64,000 nt of DNA from a virus, in IMG/VR virus record IMGVR_UViG_3300045988_156465. One strand, 5' to 3'. A program made the position numbers and the translations under genes. Numbering within the stretch: position 1 is the stretch's first letter; every line of letters begins with the position of its first letter. Of this stretch, positions 26,013 through 34,556 are shown one piece after another. A model generated the notes under the pieces. That model was not told the DNA's origin. It did not search any database and saw only the letters and a list, made by a program, of their open reading frames with translations.

Positions 26013-26355
26013 AAAGAAAAAACGGTATCAGAAGCAAAAAAGAATCATTGAAGAAGCAAAGACAGAGGCTATCGAGAATATGCAGAAAGTCATAAATAAT
26101 GGCTTAGACTCTCAAATGGAACTGGTTATGCTGTTGGTTCTGCATGATAAATTTGGTTTCGGTCCGGAGCGGTGCGCAAAGGCATTGGTTGCTTTTGAAC
26201 AGTTATGGGCTGATGTTGGGGATAAGCACCTTTGTCTTGATGATATTGAGGAAGTGGTAAAGGCTGAAATTGGAATCGAAATGACTGAGGATACTATTTT
26301 TCAGACCGACAAGAAAGGGAATAAGAAATTGCTTTGGTCTAACGAGAATACATAA
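25993..26355 (+). CDS. Hypothetical protein
   Basis: 120-aa ORF overlapping the previous stop. Confidence 0.4.
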   Translation: MNLNQIEKKKRYQKQKRIIEEAKTEAIENMQKVINNGLDSQMELVMLLVLHDKFGFGPERCAKALVAFEQLWADVGDKHLCLDDIEEVVKAEIGIEMTEDTIFQTDKKGNKKLLWSNENT

Positions 26356-26370
26356 AGGGGGTACTCTTAA

Positions 26371-26772
26371 TTGGCTTTGCGAGATTTGACAAAGCCAGAA
26401 TTGCGAAAAATTATAGAGAACGCCAATTTTACCGAGGATGAGATGATGGTATTTCAACTGTCCAGTAACGGTTCCCCTATTGATTATATAGCGGACACGA
26501 TGAAAATATCATCATCTACGGTGAATCGCATTTTGAGGAAGATTTATAAGAAAATAGAAAGGATTGAGGATATGTCGAAACCAGAAGTGCCGATTTGGCA
26601 GAAAGTTACAATGACGATTGATGAAGCGTCCGCCTATAGCAATATCGGAACGGCAACGCTCAGAAAACTTGCGAATAACCCAAGATGCACTTTTGCTCTT
26701 ACAAACGGGAACAGAAAGCTCATTAAGCGAAAGGAATTCGACAAGTTTATTGAAAATACTGTTGAGATATAG
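26371..26772 (+). CDS. Sigma-70 region-4-like HTH fused to an excisionase-type HTH
   Basis: FTEDEMMVFQLSSNGSPIDYIADTMKISSSTVNRILRKIYKKI, then MTIDEASAYSNIGTATLRKLA...KLIKRKEFDKFI. Lies directly upstream of the integrase. Confidence 0.55.
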   Translation: MALRDLTKPELRKIIENANFTEDEMMVFQLSSNGSPIDYIADTMKISSSTVNRILRKIYKKIERIEDMSKPEVPIWQKVTMTIDEASAYSNIGTATLRKLANNPRCTFALTNGNRKLIKRKEFDKFIENTVEI

Positions 26773-26842
26773 ACAGAAATTAGCCCCGTATGGTAGTATG
26801 AAGCTGTATGGGGCTTTTCTCAAAATGAAAGGGTGTGTAACG

Positions 26843-27970
26843 ATGGGAAAAGACCTTAGAGGTAAAGAATTAGGCGTTGGTATCAGCCAACGGAAAGACG
26901 GAATGTATACAGGACGTTTTACAACAAAATCTGGAAAACGAAAACAGAAATACTTTCATAAGTTGCAGGAGTGCAGGGCATGGATGGCAGATGCGCAGTT
27001 TGAGGATGAACATGGTGATGTGTTCTTTTCTGACTCTCCAACAGTCGATGCGTGGTTTGACTACTGGATAAATGAAGTAAAGGGAGATAGCATAAGAATT
27101 ATAACAGAAAGAAACTACAGAAGTATGTGGAGCTTTTCTATTTCTCCAATTATTGGGAATATGGAATTAAAAGACGTAAAGCCGATTCATTGTCAGAAAG
27201 TACTAAATATGATGAATGAAGGGCATAAGACATCTACCATTAAGGTGCATAGAGATTTAATGTGGAGTGTTTTTGAATGTGCTGTCGAAAATTATTTAAT
27301 AGAAAGAAATCCTGTAAGAAGGAATGTGAAAGCAACTGGTGGTAAAAAAACAGAAGCGCGAGAAGCACTAACTGTTGATGAGCAAAAAACTTTCTTAAAA
27401 GAATCAGAAAAATCATCATTTTATAATGGATATGCGTTTGTGCTGCAAACCGGGATTCGGGTTGGAGAATTGATTGCGTTAAAGTGGTCTGATGTAGATT
27501 TTAAAAATCGAAAAATAAAAATACAGAGAAGTGCATCGGAGGTCGCGAAACAAGGGTTTGTAATCGGAGAACCAAAGACAAAAAGCGGGCATCGGGAGAT
27601 ACCGCTTACAAAAGAAGCTGTCAATATTTTATATAGTCAAAAAGAGAAGAATTCTCAAAACAAAATTATTCCAATCCAGTATGCAGATTATATTTTTCTG
27701 AACAAAAACGGAAATCTAATTCAAAAGTCAGCGTATAATCAAGGAATATATGCTATTTGCAATAGATTGGGAATGAGAAAGTTCTCAATTCACTTGCTAA
27801 GGCACACATTCGCTACGAGATGTATAGAAAGTGGTATGCGCCCTAAAACGCTGCAAGCAATCCTAGGTCATAGCAAAATTGAAATGACGATGAATTTGTA
27901 TGTTCATGTAACGGATGAATCCAAACTGGAGGAAATCGAAGCAATAGAAAAAAACTTAAAATTGGTGTAG
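26843..27970 (+). CDS. int: Tyrosine-type site-specific integrase
   Basis: ATG at 26843. GIRVGELIALKWSDVD...HLLRHTFATRCIESGMRPKTLQAILGHSKIEMTMNLYVHV provides the R...HxxR...Y catalytic signature. Confidence 0.9.
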   Translation: MGKDLRGKELGVGISQRKDGMYTGRFTTKSGKRKQKYFHKLQECRAWMADAQFEDEHGDVFFSDSPTVDAWFDYWINEVKGDSIRIITERNYRSMWSFSISPIIGNMELKDVKPIHCQKVLNMMNEGHKTSTIKVHRDLMWSVFECAVENYLIERNPVRRNVKATGGKKTEAREALTVDEQKTFLKESEKSSFYNGYAFVLQTGIRVGELIALKWSDVDFKNRKIKIQRSASEVAKQGFVIGEPKTKSGHREIPLTKEAVNILYSQKEKNSQNKIIPIQYADYIFLNKNGNLIQKSAYNQGIYAICNRLGMRKFSIHLLRHTFATRCIESGMRPKTLQAILGHSKIEMTMNLYVHVTDESKLEEIEAIEKNLKLV

Positions 27971-27982
27971 AAATTGGTGTAG
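27959..27982. repeat. Perfect 12-bp tandem duplication AAATTGGTGTAG x2 spanning the integrase stop codon
   Basis: Read directly at 27959-27970 and 27971-27982. Confidence 0.9.
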
Positions 27983-28120
27983 AAATAAAAAATACATATA
28001 GAACACCTTGTTTTATCAATGTTTTTAATAAGTATATACATTTTGGGAATAAAGTGATATGATAGCTTGATGGATTGAAGAATGTCAGAAAATTTCCTTA
28101 AAGGATAAGGAGGATACAGC

Positions 28121-29479
28121 ATGAAGGTTGTAATCGTAGGGGACGGTAAGGTCGGCGGCACTATCGCCAGACAGCTCTCCGGTGAAGGACATGACATCAT
28201 TGTAATTGATAATAATACAAGTGTTCTGAATAATGCTTCCAATACGATGGATATTATGAGTGTGGAGGGGAACGGTGCAAGCATGCTTGTCCAGAAAAGA
28301 GCAGGTGTGCCTGAGGCAGATTTGCTGATTGCGGCAACCTCCGCGGATGAGGTAAATATGCTTGCCTGCCTGCTGGGGAAAAAGCTAGGCGTGCCGCATA
28401 CGATTGCCCGTGTGCGTAACCCCGAATATTATGAGCAGATTAACGAATTGAAGGAAGAGCTTGGGCTGAGCATGACGGTAAACCCCGAATTTGCGGCGGC
28501 AACGGAAATCCTGCGTCTTTTGCGCTTCCCCTCTGCTTTGAAAATCGAGGTGTTTGCGAGAGGGCGTGTGGAACTGGTAGAGGTCAAGATTCCGCCCCAC
28601 AGTGTGCTGGATGGGATGCCTCTATGGGCGATTTATAAGGAGTTTCAGGTAAAGGTTCTGATCTGCGCGGTGCAGAGAGCAGGAGAGGTGCATATCCCCA
28701 ACGGTAACTTTGTATTGCAGGCAGGGGATAAAATCAACCTGACCGCATCACATAGTGAGATTGAAAAATTCTTCCGTACCATCGGTCTGTTCCGTACGGG
28801 GGTAAAATCGGTCATGATTCTGGGCGGCGGCAGAATGGCGTATTATCTGGCAAAGGCACTGATTCTTTCTCATGTGCGCGTAAAGATTATCGAACTGGAT
28901 TATAAGCGTTGTGAATATCTATGTGAGGCGCTGCCGGAAGCGGTTGTGATTCACGGAGATGGGACGGATAAGGAAACTCTGCAGGAGGAGGGTCTGGAAA
29001 AGACGGATGCTCTGGTCTGCCTGACGGGGATGGATGAGGAAAATATCGTAGTTGCGCTTTATGCCAAGGCGAAAAAGGTTTCCAAGGTGATTGCGAAAAT
29101 CAACCGTATTTCCTTTGATGAAATTCTGGATGCGCTGGATATTGATGGCTTTATTTCGCCGAAGATGATTGCGGCAAATAATATTGTCCGTTATGTGCGC
29201 GCGATGCAGAATTCCGCAGGGAGCAGTAACGTAGAAACGCTGCATAAGCTGGTAAATGAGCAAATTGAAGCATTGGAGTTCAAGGTAAGAGAAAAATCCA
29301 GCGTAGTGGGTGTGCCGCTCAAGGATTTGAAGACGAAAAGCGAGGTTCTGGTGGCAACGATTATCCGCAACGGCAGAGTTATTATTCCGGGCGGTAATGA
29401 CATGATTGAGGTGGATGACAGCGTGATTATTATTACCAGAAATAAGCATTTGACGGACTTGAAGGATATTTTGAAATAA
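28121..29479 (+). CDS. trkA: Trk/Ktr potassium uptake system NAD-binding subunit
   Basis: MKVVIVGDGKVGGTIARQL Rossmann motif; second RCK repeat VMILGGGRMAYYLAKAL; 452 aa. Confidence 0.9.
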   Translation: MKVVIVGDGKVGGTIARQLSGEGHDIIVIDNNTSVLNNASNTMDIMSVEGNGASMLVQKRAGVPEADLLIAATSADEVNMLACLLGKKLGVPHTIARVRNPEYYEQINELKEELGLSMTVNPEFAAATEILRLLRFPSALKIEVFARGRVELVEVKIPPHSVLDGMPLWAIYKEFQVKVLICAVQRAGEVHIPNGNFVLQAGDKINLTASHSEIEKFFRTIGLFRTGVKSVMILGGGRMAYYLAKALILSHVRVKIIELDYKRCEYLCEALPEAVVIHGDGTDKETLQEEGLEKTDALVCLTGMDEENIVVALYAKAKKVSKVIAKINRISFDEILDALDIDGFISPKMIAANNIVRYVRAMQNSAGSSNVETLHKLVNEQIEALEFKVREKSSVVGVPLKDLKTKSEVLVATIIRNGRVIIPGGNDMIEVDDSVIIITRNKHLTDLKDILK

Positions 29480-29503
29480 TAAATTGAAATTTGGTGAAGG
29501 GTT

Positions 29504-30955
29504 ATGAATTTTAATATGATTGCCTATATTCTGGGCAATATCATACGAATAGAGGCTGCCCTGCTTGCAGTGCCTGCCTTTGTTTCTATATGGTATCAGG
29601 AGGTAAAGGCGGCATCGGCATTTGTCGCAACCATTATCGCCTGCCTGATGGTAGGGACGGTTCTGGTCAGCCGTGAGCCGGAAAATAAGCGGATTTATGG
29701 GCGAGAGGGCTTCGTTGTGGTTGCACTTTCGTGGATTGTGATGTCCGTTCTGGGGGCACTGCCGTTTTATCTGAGCGGCTCTATTTCGGGCTATGTAAAT
29801 TGCTTTTTTGAAACGGTATCCGGCTTTACCACAACGGGCGCAAGCATTTTGCAGGAGATTGAAACTCTGCCGAAAAGTATTCAGTTCTGGCGTTGCTTTA
29901 CGCATTGGATTGGCGGTATGGGGATTCTGGTATTTATGCTTGCAATTATGCCCCTTGGGGACGAGCGCACGATGTATCTGATGAAGGCGGAGGCACCCGG
30001 ACCTCTGGTTTCCAAGCTGGTGCCAAAGGTAAAATCGACAGCAAAAATCCTGTATACGATTTATATTGTACTGACACTGGTGGAGATGATTTTGCTGTTT
30101 GCAGGTGGAATGCCCTTTTTTGACAGCGTGGTGCATGCCCTTTCGACAGCGGGGACAGGCGGCTTTTCTGTAAAAAATAGCAGCATTGCGGAATACAATA
30201 GTGCGTATTTTGAATATGTCATTACGGCATTTATGCTGCTGTTCGGGGTGAACTTCAACCTGTTCTATTTGATGCTGATGAAGGATTTTAAGAATGTGTG
30301 GAAAAATGAGGAGCTGCGCTGCTATATCGCCATTGTCTGCATTGCGACAGCGTTGATTACCATAGATATTTCTCGGTATTATTCGACAGTGGAGGGTGCC
30401 TTCCGCCATGCGATTTTTCAGGTGGCGGCAATTATGAGTACAACGGGTTTCGTAACGGCAAACTTCGACCTCTGGCCTGAGTTTTCCAAGACGCTTCTGT
30501 ATTGCCTGCTAATTCTTGGGGCATGCGGCGGTTCAACTGCGGGCGGTATTAAGGTTTCGCGTTTTGTAATCCTTCTGAAAATGATTAGGCGGGAGATCAG
30601 CCATATTGTGCACCCGCGCTCTGTTAACCTGATTAAACTGGACGGCTATAAGGTGGATGAGGATTCTATTCGCAGCGTGACAGGGTTTATTATTCTGTAT
30701 GTGCTCATTTTGCTGGGGTCGTTCATGCTGGTTTCGCTGGATAATTTCGACTTTATTACGAATGTGACTGCGGTTACAACATGCCTGAGTAATGTCGGAC
30801 CGGGACTTGCTATGGCAGGGCCTGTTGAAAACCTTTCCTTCTTCTCCGGCTTCGTAAAGATTGTGCTTTGCTTGGATATGCTGCTGGGGAGACTGGAAAT
30901 TTTCCCGATTATTATGCTTTTCGCTCCATCCATCTGGAGAAAGAGCTACATGTAA
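29504..30955 (+). CDS. trkH: Trk/Ktr potassium transporter membrane subunit
   Basis: Polytopic 483-aa protein with repeated selectivity-filter-like segments (FTTTGAS, TAGTGGFS, MSTTGF, GGSTAGGIK). Confidence 0.9.
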   Translation: MNFNMIAYILGNIIRIEAALLAVPAFVSIWYQEVKAASAFVATIIACLMVGTVLVSREPENKRIYGREGFVVVALSWIVMSVLGALPFYLSGSISGYVNCFFETVSGFTTTGASILQEIETLPKSIQFWRCFTHWIGGMGILVFMLAIMPLGDERTMYLMKAEAPGPLVSKLVPKVKSTAKILYTIYIVLTLVEMILLFAGGMPFFDSVVHALSTAGTGGFSVKNSSIAEYNSAYFEYVITAFMLLFGVNFNLFYLMLMKDFKNVWKNEELRCYIAIVCIATALITIDISRYYSTVEGAFRHAIFQVAAIMSTTGFVTANFDLWPEFSKTLLYCLLILGACGGSTAGGIKVSRFVILLKMIRREISHIVHPRSVNLIKLDGYKVDEDSIRSVTGFIILYVLILLGSFMLVSLDNFDFITNVTAVTTCLSNVGPGLAMAGPVENLSFFSGFVKIVLCLDMLLGRLEIFPIIMLFAPSIWRKSYM

Positions 30956-30980
30956 CAACGCAGAGCCAAGCATCTGCAAA

Positions 30981-31025
30981 AAAAGAACAGCTTACATGCT
31001 TGCATGATAGGCTGTTCTTTTTATT
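30981..31025 (+). terminator. Intrinsic terminator of trkH
   Basis: AAAGAACAGC (30982) pairs with GCTGTTCTTT (31011), followed by a T-run. Confidence 0.7.
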
Positions 31026-31119
31026 GCAGATATTTGGCGAGCGCCACAACGAAAAAATACGAAGTATTTTTGAGATGGGCTCTGCGTTGTTGCATGTGGG
31101 TGCCCTGATTTCGATTTTA

Positions 31120-31153
31120 CAGAAAAAGCAGCCTGTTTGGGCTGCTTTTTCTG
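31120..31153. terminator. Bidirectional terminator-like perfect palindrome
   Basis: CAGAAAAAGCAGCC, TGTTTG, GGCTGCTTTTTCTG. Confidence 0.6.
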
Positions 31154-31461
31154 TAAAGGGGAGGGTATATTACTATGATAAACCAAATATAGGTAGTTGT
31201 CTGTTTTTTTCTTTCAATATTTTTCTTCCAATAGGGGAAGGGGTGCCTGCAGCCTTTCGGGGAAGGGGACTGCAGGCGGAAGTAAAAGGGGGCGTCCTTT
31301 CGACTTCTTTTGTAGTATACTGTAAAAATATGGACAAAGTGTGAATAGAAACTTAAGGCTTTGTTAAAATATGCGAATGTTTTCTTTATTGTGTTATCAG
31401 CGTTTCTGCGGTGTTGGGTTGATGTTTTTGGAGATTTGCCACCCATTTGCCACCGTAAATT

Positions 31462-32697
31462 TCATTTGGGTGGCAAGCCATTTACAACGCTTTCAAATAA
31501 ATCCGCTGCGGTCTGTGCCATTTCGTCTGTGTGGTGAACGTAGGTATTCATTGTGGTTACAATGTTTTTGTGCCCGAGCCGCTGTTGAACTGCCTTCACG
31601 TTGGCACCTGCCTCAATCAGCTTTGTGGCATGGGTATGACGCAGGCTGTGATAATCAAAATTGATTCCAAGCTCCTGCCGGATGACTCTCTGGCAATAGG
31701 CAAAGCTGTTTTTGGTTGTCAGCTCTCCGTTTTCATCAACGCAGATAAAATTGATTCGCCGCGCGTCTGTGGAAAGGATTTTTTGTGTGCCGACAATTCG
31801 CTGTCGAGGCGCTCCTTTTTCGTCCGTAAAATCGACAAGCTGATATACTGTGTAGAATTCGCCATATTTCAGTTCGTTTTTAAGCTGTCGGTTTTTCTCT
31901 GCCTTGAGGATTCGGTAAAGGGATTCCCCGAATTTTATTTTCCGCTTGGAGTTGTACTTTGGTTCTTTGAGGGAGAACCCCAGATTGCCGTTGATGTTCC
32001 TGCGGATAAGCTGACGCTCTACAGACAACGTGCAGTTTTCAAAATCAACATCGTCCCATGTGAGGGCAAAGCACTCATTGATACGCAGCCCACAGTTCCA
32101 GCCAATCATAAGCGGAATATAGTAGCGAGAACCAACGGGAAAGCGTTTCCGGATGCGGTCAAATTCTGCATCCGTCAGCACGATGCGCTCTCTGACCGGC
32201 TTTGCGACAGTACCTATCTTTACAAACCGACAGGGATTCTCTCGGATATACTGCAAGGGCTGAACAGCATAATCTATCGCAGTAGAAAGGACAACAAAGA
32301 TAGAGCGTATGGTCGCTTTGGAATAGCCCTGCGCCTTTAGCTGGTTTATGTATTCCTGAATGGCTGCCGCCTGTAGGCTTTTTAAATAATACGCACCGAA
32401 CTGCGGTTTCAGGTGCCTGTGGATCAGCGTTGCGTAGGTCTGCTGCGTATTTTCTGTGAGATTCATTTTGCAATATTGCTCATACCAGAAATCCAGATAA
32501 TCACTGACGCTGATGGTGGAAGGCTGAAAGACTTGTCCGGAGTTTTCATATTCCGCGATAGCCTTTGCCAGAGCCGTTTCCGCTTCCTTTTTGGTACGGA
32601 ATCCGCCCTTTTCGATTTTCTTTCTTTTGCCGCCGACCTGAGCGGTATCAAAATAATATGACCATGTTTTACCACGTTTTCGTGTTCCGCCTTTCAT
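31462..32697 (-). CDS. int: Tyrosine-type site-specific integrase
   Basis: Start at 32697 is 7 nt after AAGGAGG. MKGGTRKRGKTWSYYFD... SAM-like N-domain; HSLRHTHATKLIEAGANVKAVQQRLGHKNIVTTMNTYVHH. Confidence 0.9.
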   Translation of the reverse strand: MKGGTRKRGKTWSYYFDTAQVGGKRKKIEKGGFRTKKEAETALAKAIAEYENSGQVFQPSTISVSDYLDFWYEQYCKMNLTENTQQTYATLIHRHLKPQFGAYYLKSLQAAAIQEYINQLKAQGYSKATIRSIFVVLSTAIDYAVQPLQYIRENPCRFVKIGTVAKPVRERIVLTDAEFDRIRKRFPVGSRYYIPLMIGWNCGLRINECFALTWDDVDFENCTLSVERQLIRRNINGNLGFSLKEPKYNSKRKIKFGESLYRILKAEKNRQLKNELKYGEFYTVYQLVDFTDEKGAPRQRIVGTQKILSTDARRINFICVDENGELTTKNSFAYCQRVIRQELGINFDYHSLRHTHATKLIEAGANVKAVQQRLGHKNIVTTMNTYVHHTDEMAQTAADLFESVVNGLPPK

Positions 32698-32846
32698 AAG
32701 CATTCCTCCTTAATTGAAAAATAGGTATAGAAAATAAGGCGGTATCGTGGTATAATCCTATTGCGAGTAGGTGGTTATACAAATACCGCCTGAAATCCTC
32801 TTTCTCTGCGCCAACAGGGAAGGGGGATTTTTTTATTTAGTGGGGC

Positions 32847-33956
32847 TTACCCAACACATTTTTTACAAGGGGTCAGTCCCATTTTAATAGCATTATCTAA
32901 AGTAGTGGGGGAGTAGCTGCCGCCATTGCAGGAGCTGTTATAGTGATATTTCTTGCCGGTCGGGGTGACGTAAACCGTAACGGAGTTCTGGGACTGTGCC
33001 TGACTCTGCTGCTGTGCGGCAATACGTTCCTGCTCCGCTTTCTCCGCCGCCAGACGTTCTTCCTCTGCCTTCTTTTCGGCTGCGATACGTTCTTCTTCGG
33101 CTTTCTTCTCAGCGGCAATGCGTTCCTGCTCTGCTTTTTCCTTATCAATGACTTGGAAGGTCAGTTCGTTGCTCTTCGCAGAGCCTTTTTTGGCAACCAG
33201 TGTAAAGGTGCCTTCCTTTGCCTGCGTATGCAGGACAATGCCGTCCTCTGTCTGCTCCACCTTTGCAAGCGTGCCATCGGACAGCTCAAGCGAGAGGTTG
33301 GAGGCATCCGCGTCCTTGGGTGTGTATGTAAAGGAAATCAACTGTTCTTCGTTGATGTCCATGGTGTCCTCATCTGCGGTTAGCTTGATGGTCTCCACAT
33401 TGGGCGTGGGTATCGTCACGAGGCATCCGAGTACCGTAAACACCAGAAAGCAGCAGGTGCGAATCATAGATTTTTTCTTCTTCTGTTCATCGGCGAGTGT
33501 CTTTCTGGCTTGGAACAGATGGAACAGCCCAACAAGGAACATAGAAGGGTAGCACAGCTTTTTGCTGATCTGGGTCGCGATGCAGATAACTGCGATATAG
33601 ATTACCCAACGCAGGATGCTTTTCGGGTTCATCTTTCCGCCGGGGGTGGGGGAAGAATTATCGGAAACAGGCGGCGTGGGGGTGGTATCTGCGGAAGGAT
33701 TCTCTGCGGCAAATGCAGTGGATGCCTTGGCAGAGGTTTTCTTGGCGGTTGCCTTCTTTTTGGATGCGCCCAACTTACTGCTGCTTACATAAGAAATACC
33801 CGTCCCCGGGATGCCAACGGATTTTGTGACACGCCCTTTGGAATTGAGCGAGACACGCGCCCCCTTTACGCCGGCACTGACACCGATTCCTCTTTTGCTG
33901 AGGTTCAGCTTTACGCCGGGGGCGATTTTAAAACTTTTGCGGAATCTCATTCCCAT
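32847..33956 (-). CDS. DUF4236-type membrane protein with an Ig-like segment, EERIAAEKKAE repeats and a C-terminal Cys motif
   Basis: MGMRFRKSFKIAPGVKLNLSKRGIGVSAGVKGARVS (DUF4236 pattern); TM segments; repeat AEQERIAAEKKAEEERIAAEKKAEEERLAAEK; KYHYNSSCNGG...TPCKKC. Confidence 0.6.
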   Translation of the reverse strand: MGMRFRKSFKIAPGVKLNLSKRGIGVSAGVKGARVSLNSKGRVTKSVGIPGTGISYVSSSKLGASKKKATAKKTSAKASTAFAAENPSADTTPTPPVSDNSSPTPGGKMNPKSILRWVIYIAVICIATQISKKLCYPSMFLVGLFHLFQARKTLADEQKKKKSMIRTCCFLVFTVLGCLVTIPTPNVETIKLTADEDTMDINEEQLISFTYTPKDADASNLSLELSDGTLAKVEQTEDGIVLHTQAKEGTFTLVAKKGSAKSNELTFQVIDKEKAEQERIAAEKKAEEERIAAEKKAEEERLAAEKAEQERIAAQQQSQAQSQNSVTVYVTPTGKKYHYNSSCNGGSYSPTTLDNAIKMGLTPCKKCVG

Positions 33957-34082
33957 AAATATGCCCTCCTTTTACATCATTTGACAATGTTTGCATATTG
34001 TGATATTTTTGATGTGGAAGGCTGCTTGGTAAGCGACTTTCTTTTCCCTCTATGGTATTAGCGGTACGGTAGGGGGAGTTTT

Positions 34083-34538
34083 TTATTTTATACAAAATCC
34101 GTAATCACAGAAAATAATTGTTTTTCCCTTATATGTATAGCTGTGACCGTATCTTTTCTTAAAAATTTCTAAGGCTTCCAGCAAAAATTCTTCGGTTACT
34201 TCCAAGTACTCTGCAATTTCAAAAAGATTGCTGCAGGGATGTTCAGTTGCCTCAAAGACATCCTCAATGGTAAGTATTTTATCAACGGCCCACTTGCGAG
34301 CTTTTATCTCCTGTTTTCTGTTTTCTGTATTTTTCTGATTCAGAATATTGCCTACAGTTGTATAATAGTGTCCGATTTCTTCTGCCAGAACGCAGGCTTT
34401 TTCTGCATCTGACAGGTCTTTGCGGATGCCTATCTTTTGCCCCTTGCAAAGTCCTTTTGCGTCAGATTCAAACTGAATTTCTTTTACTTCAAGACCTATC
34501 ATACTTGCATCATGCAGAAGTTTTTCATAATTGCACAT
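34083..34538 (-). CDS. ImmA/IrrE-family metallopeptidase-like protein
   Basis: Position directly downstream of the repressor. The core LAEEIGHYYTT aligns with the usual AHELGH, with the first His replaced. Confidence 0.65.
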   Translation of the reverse strand: MCNYEKLLHDASMIGLEVKEIQFESDAKGLCKGQKIGIRKDLSDAEKACVLAEEIGHYYTTVGNILNQKNTENRKQEIKARKWAVDKILTIEDVFEATEHPCSNLFEIAEYLEVTEEFLLEALEIFKKRYGHSYTYKGKTIIFCDYGFCIK

Positions 34539-34556
34539 ATAACAGATCCCTCCCTA

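Larger units (their letters stand above)
1..27985. mobile_element. Prophage-like integrated element 1. The left end lies beyond the window; the right end lies just after the integrase gene.
   Basis: Continuous block of phage-type regulators, antirepressors, RecT/SSB/MTase/replication genes and a terminal tyrosine integrase. The host trkA gene starts at 28121. Confidence 0.6.

Noticed and set aside
28919-30409. 496-aa ORF on the minus strand across trkA/trkH
   Set aside because: It lies antisense to two genes with unmistakable TrkA and TrkH motifs. Its translation is R/H/C/N-rich low complexity with no SD. This is a typical shadow ORF.
31154-31461. attL/attR direct repeats for prophage 2 (compared with 63875..63951)
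   Set aside because: Only short shared strings were found by eye (AGTATACT, ATAGGTA, TGTAAAA), which is not convincing. A computational repeat search and comparison with an empty site are needed.
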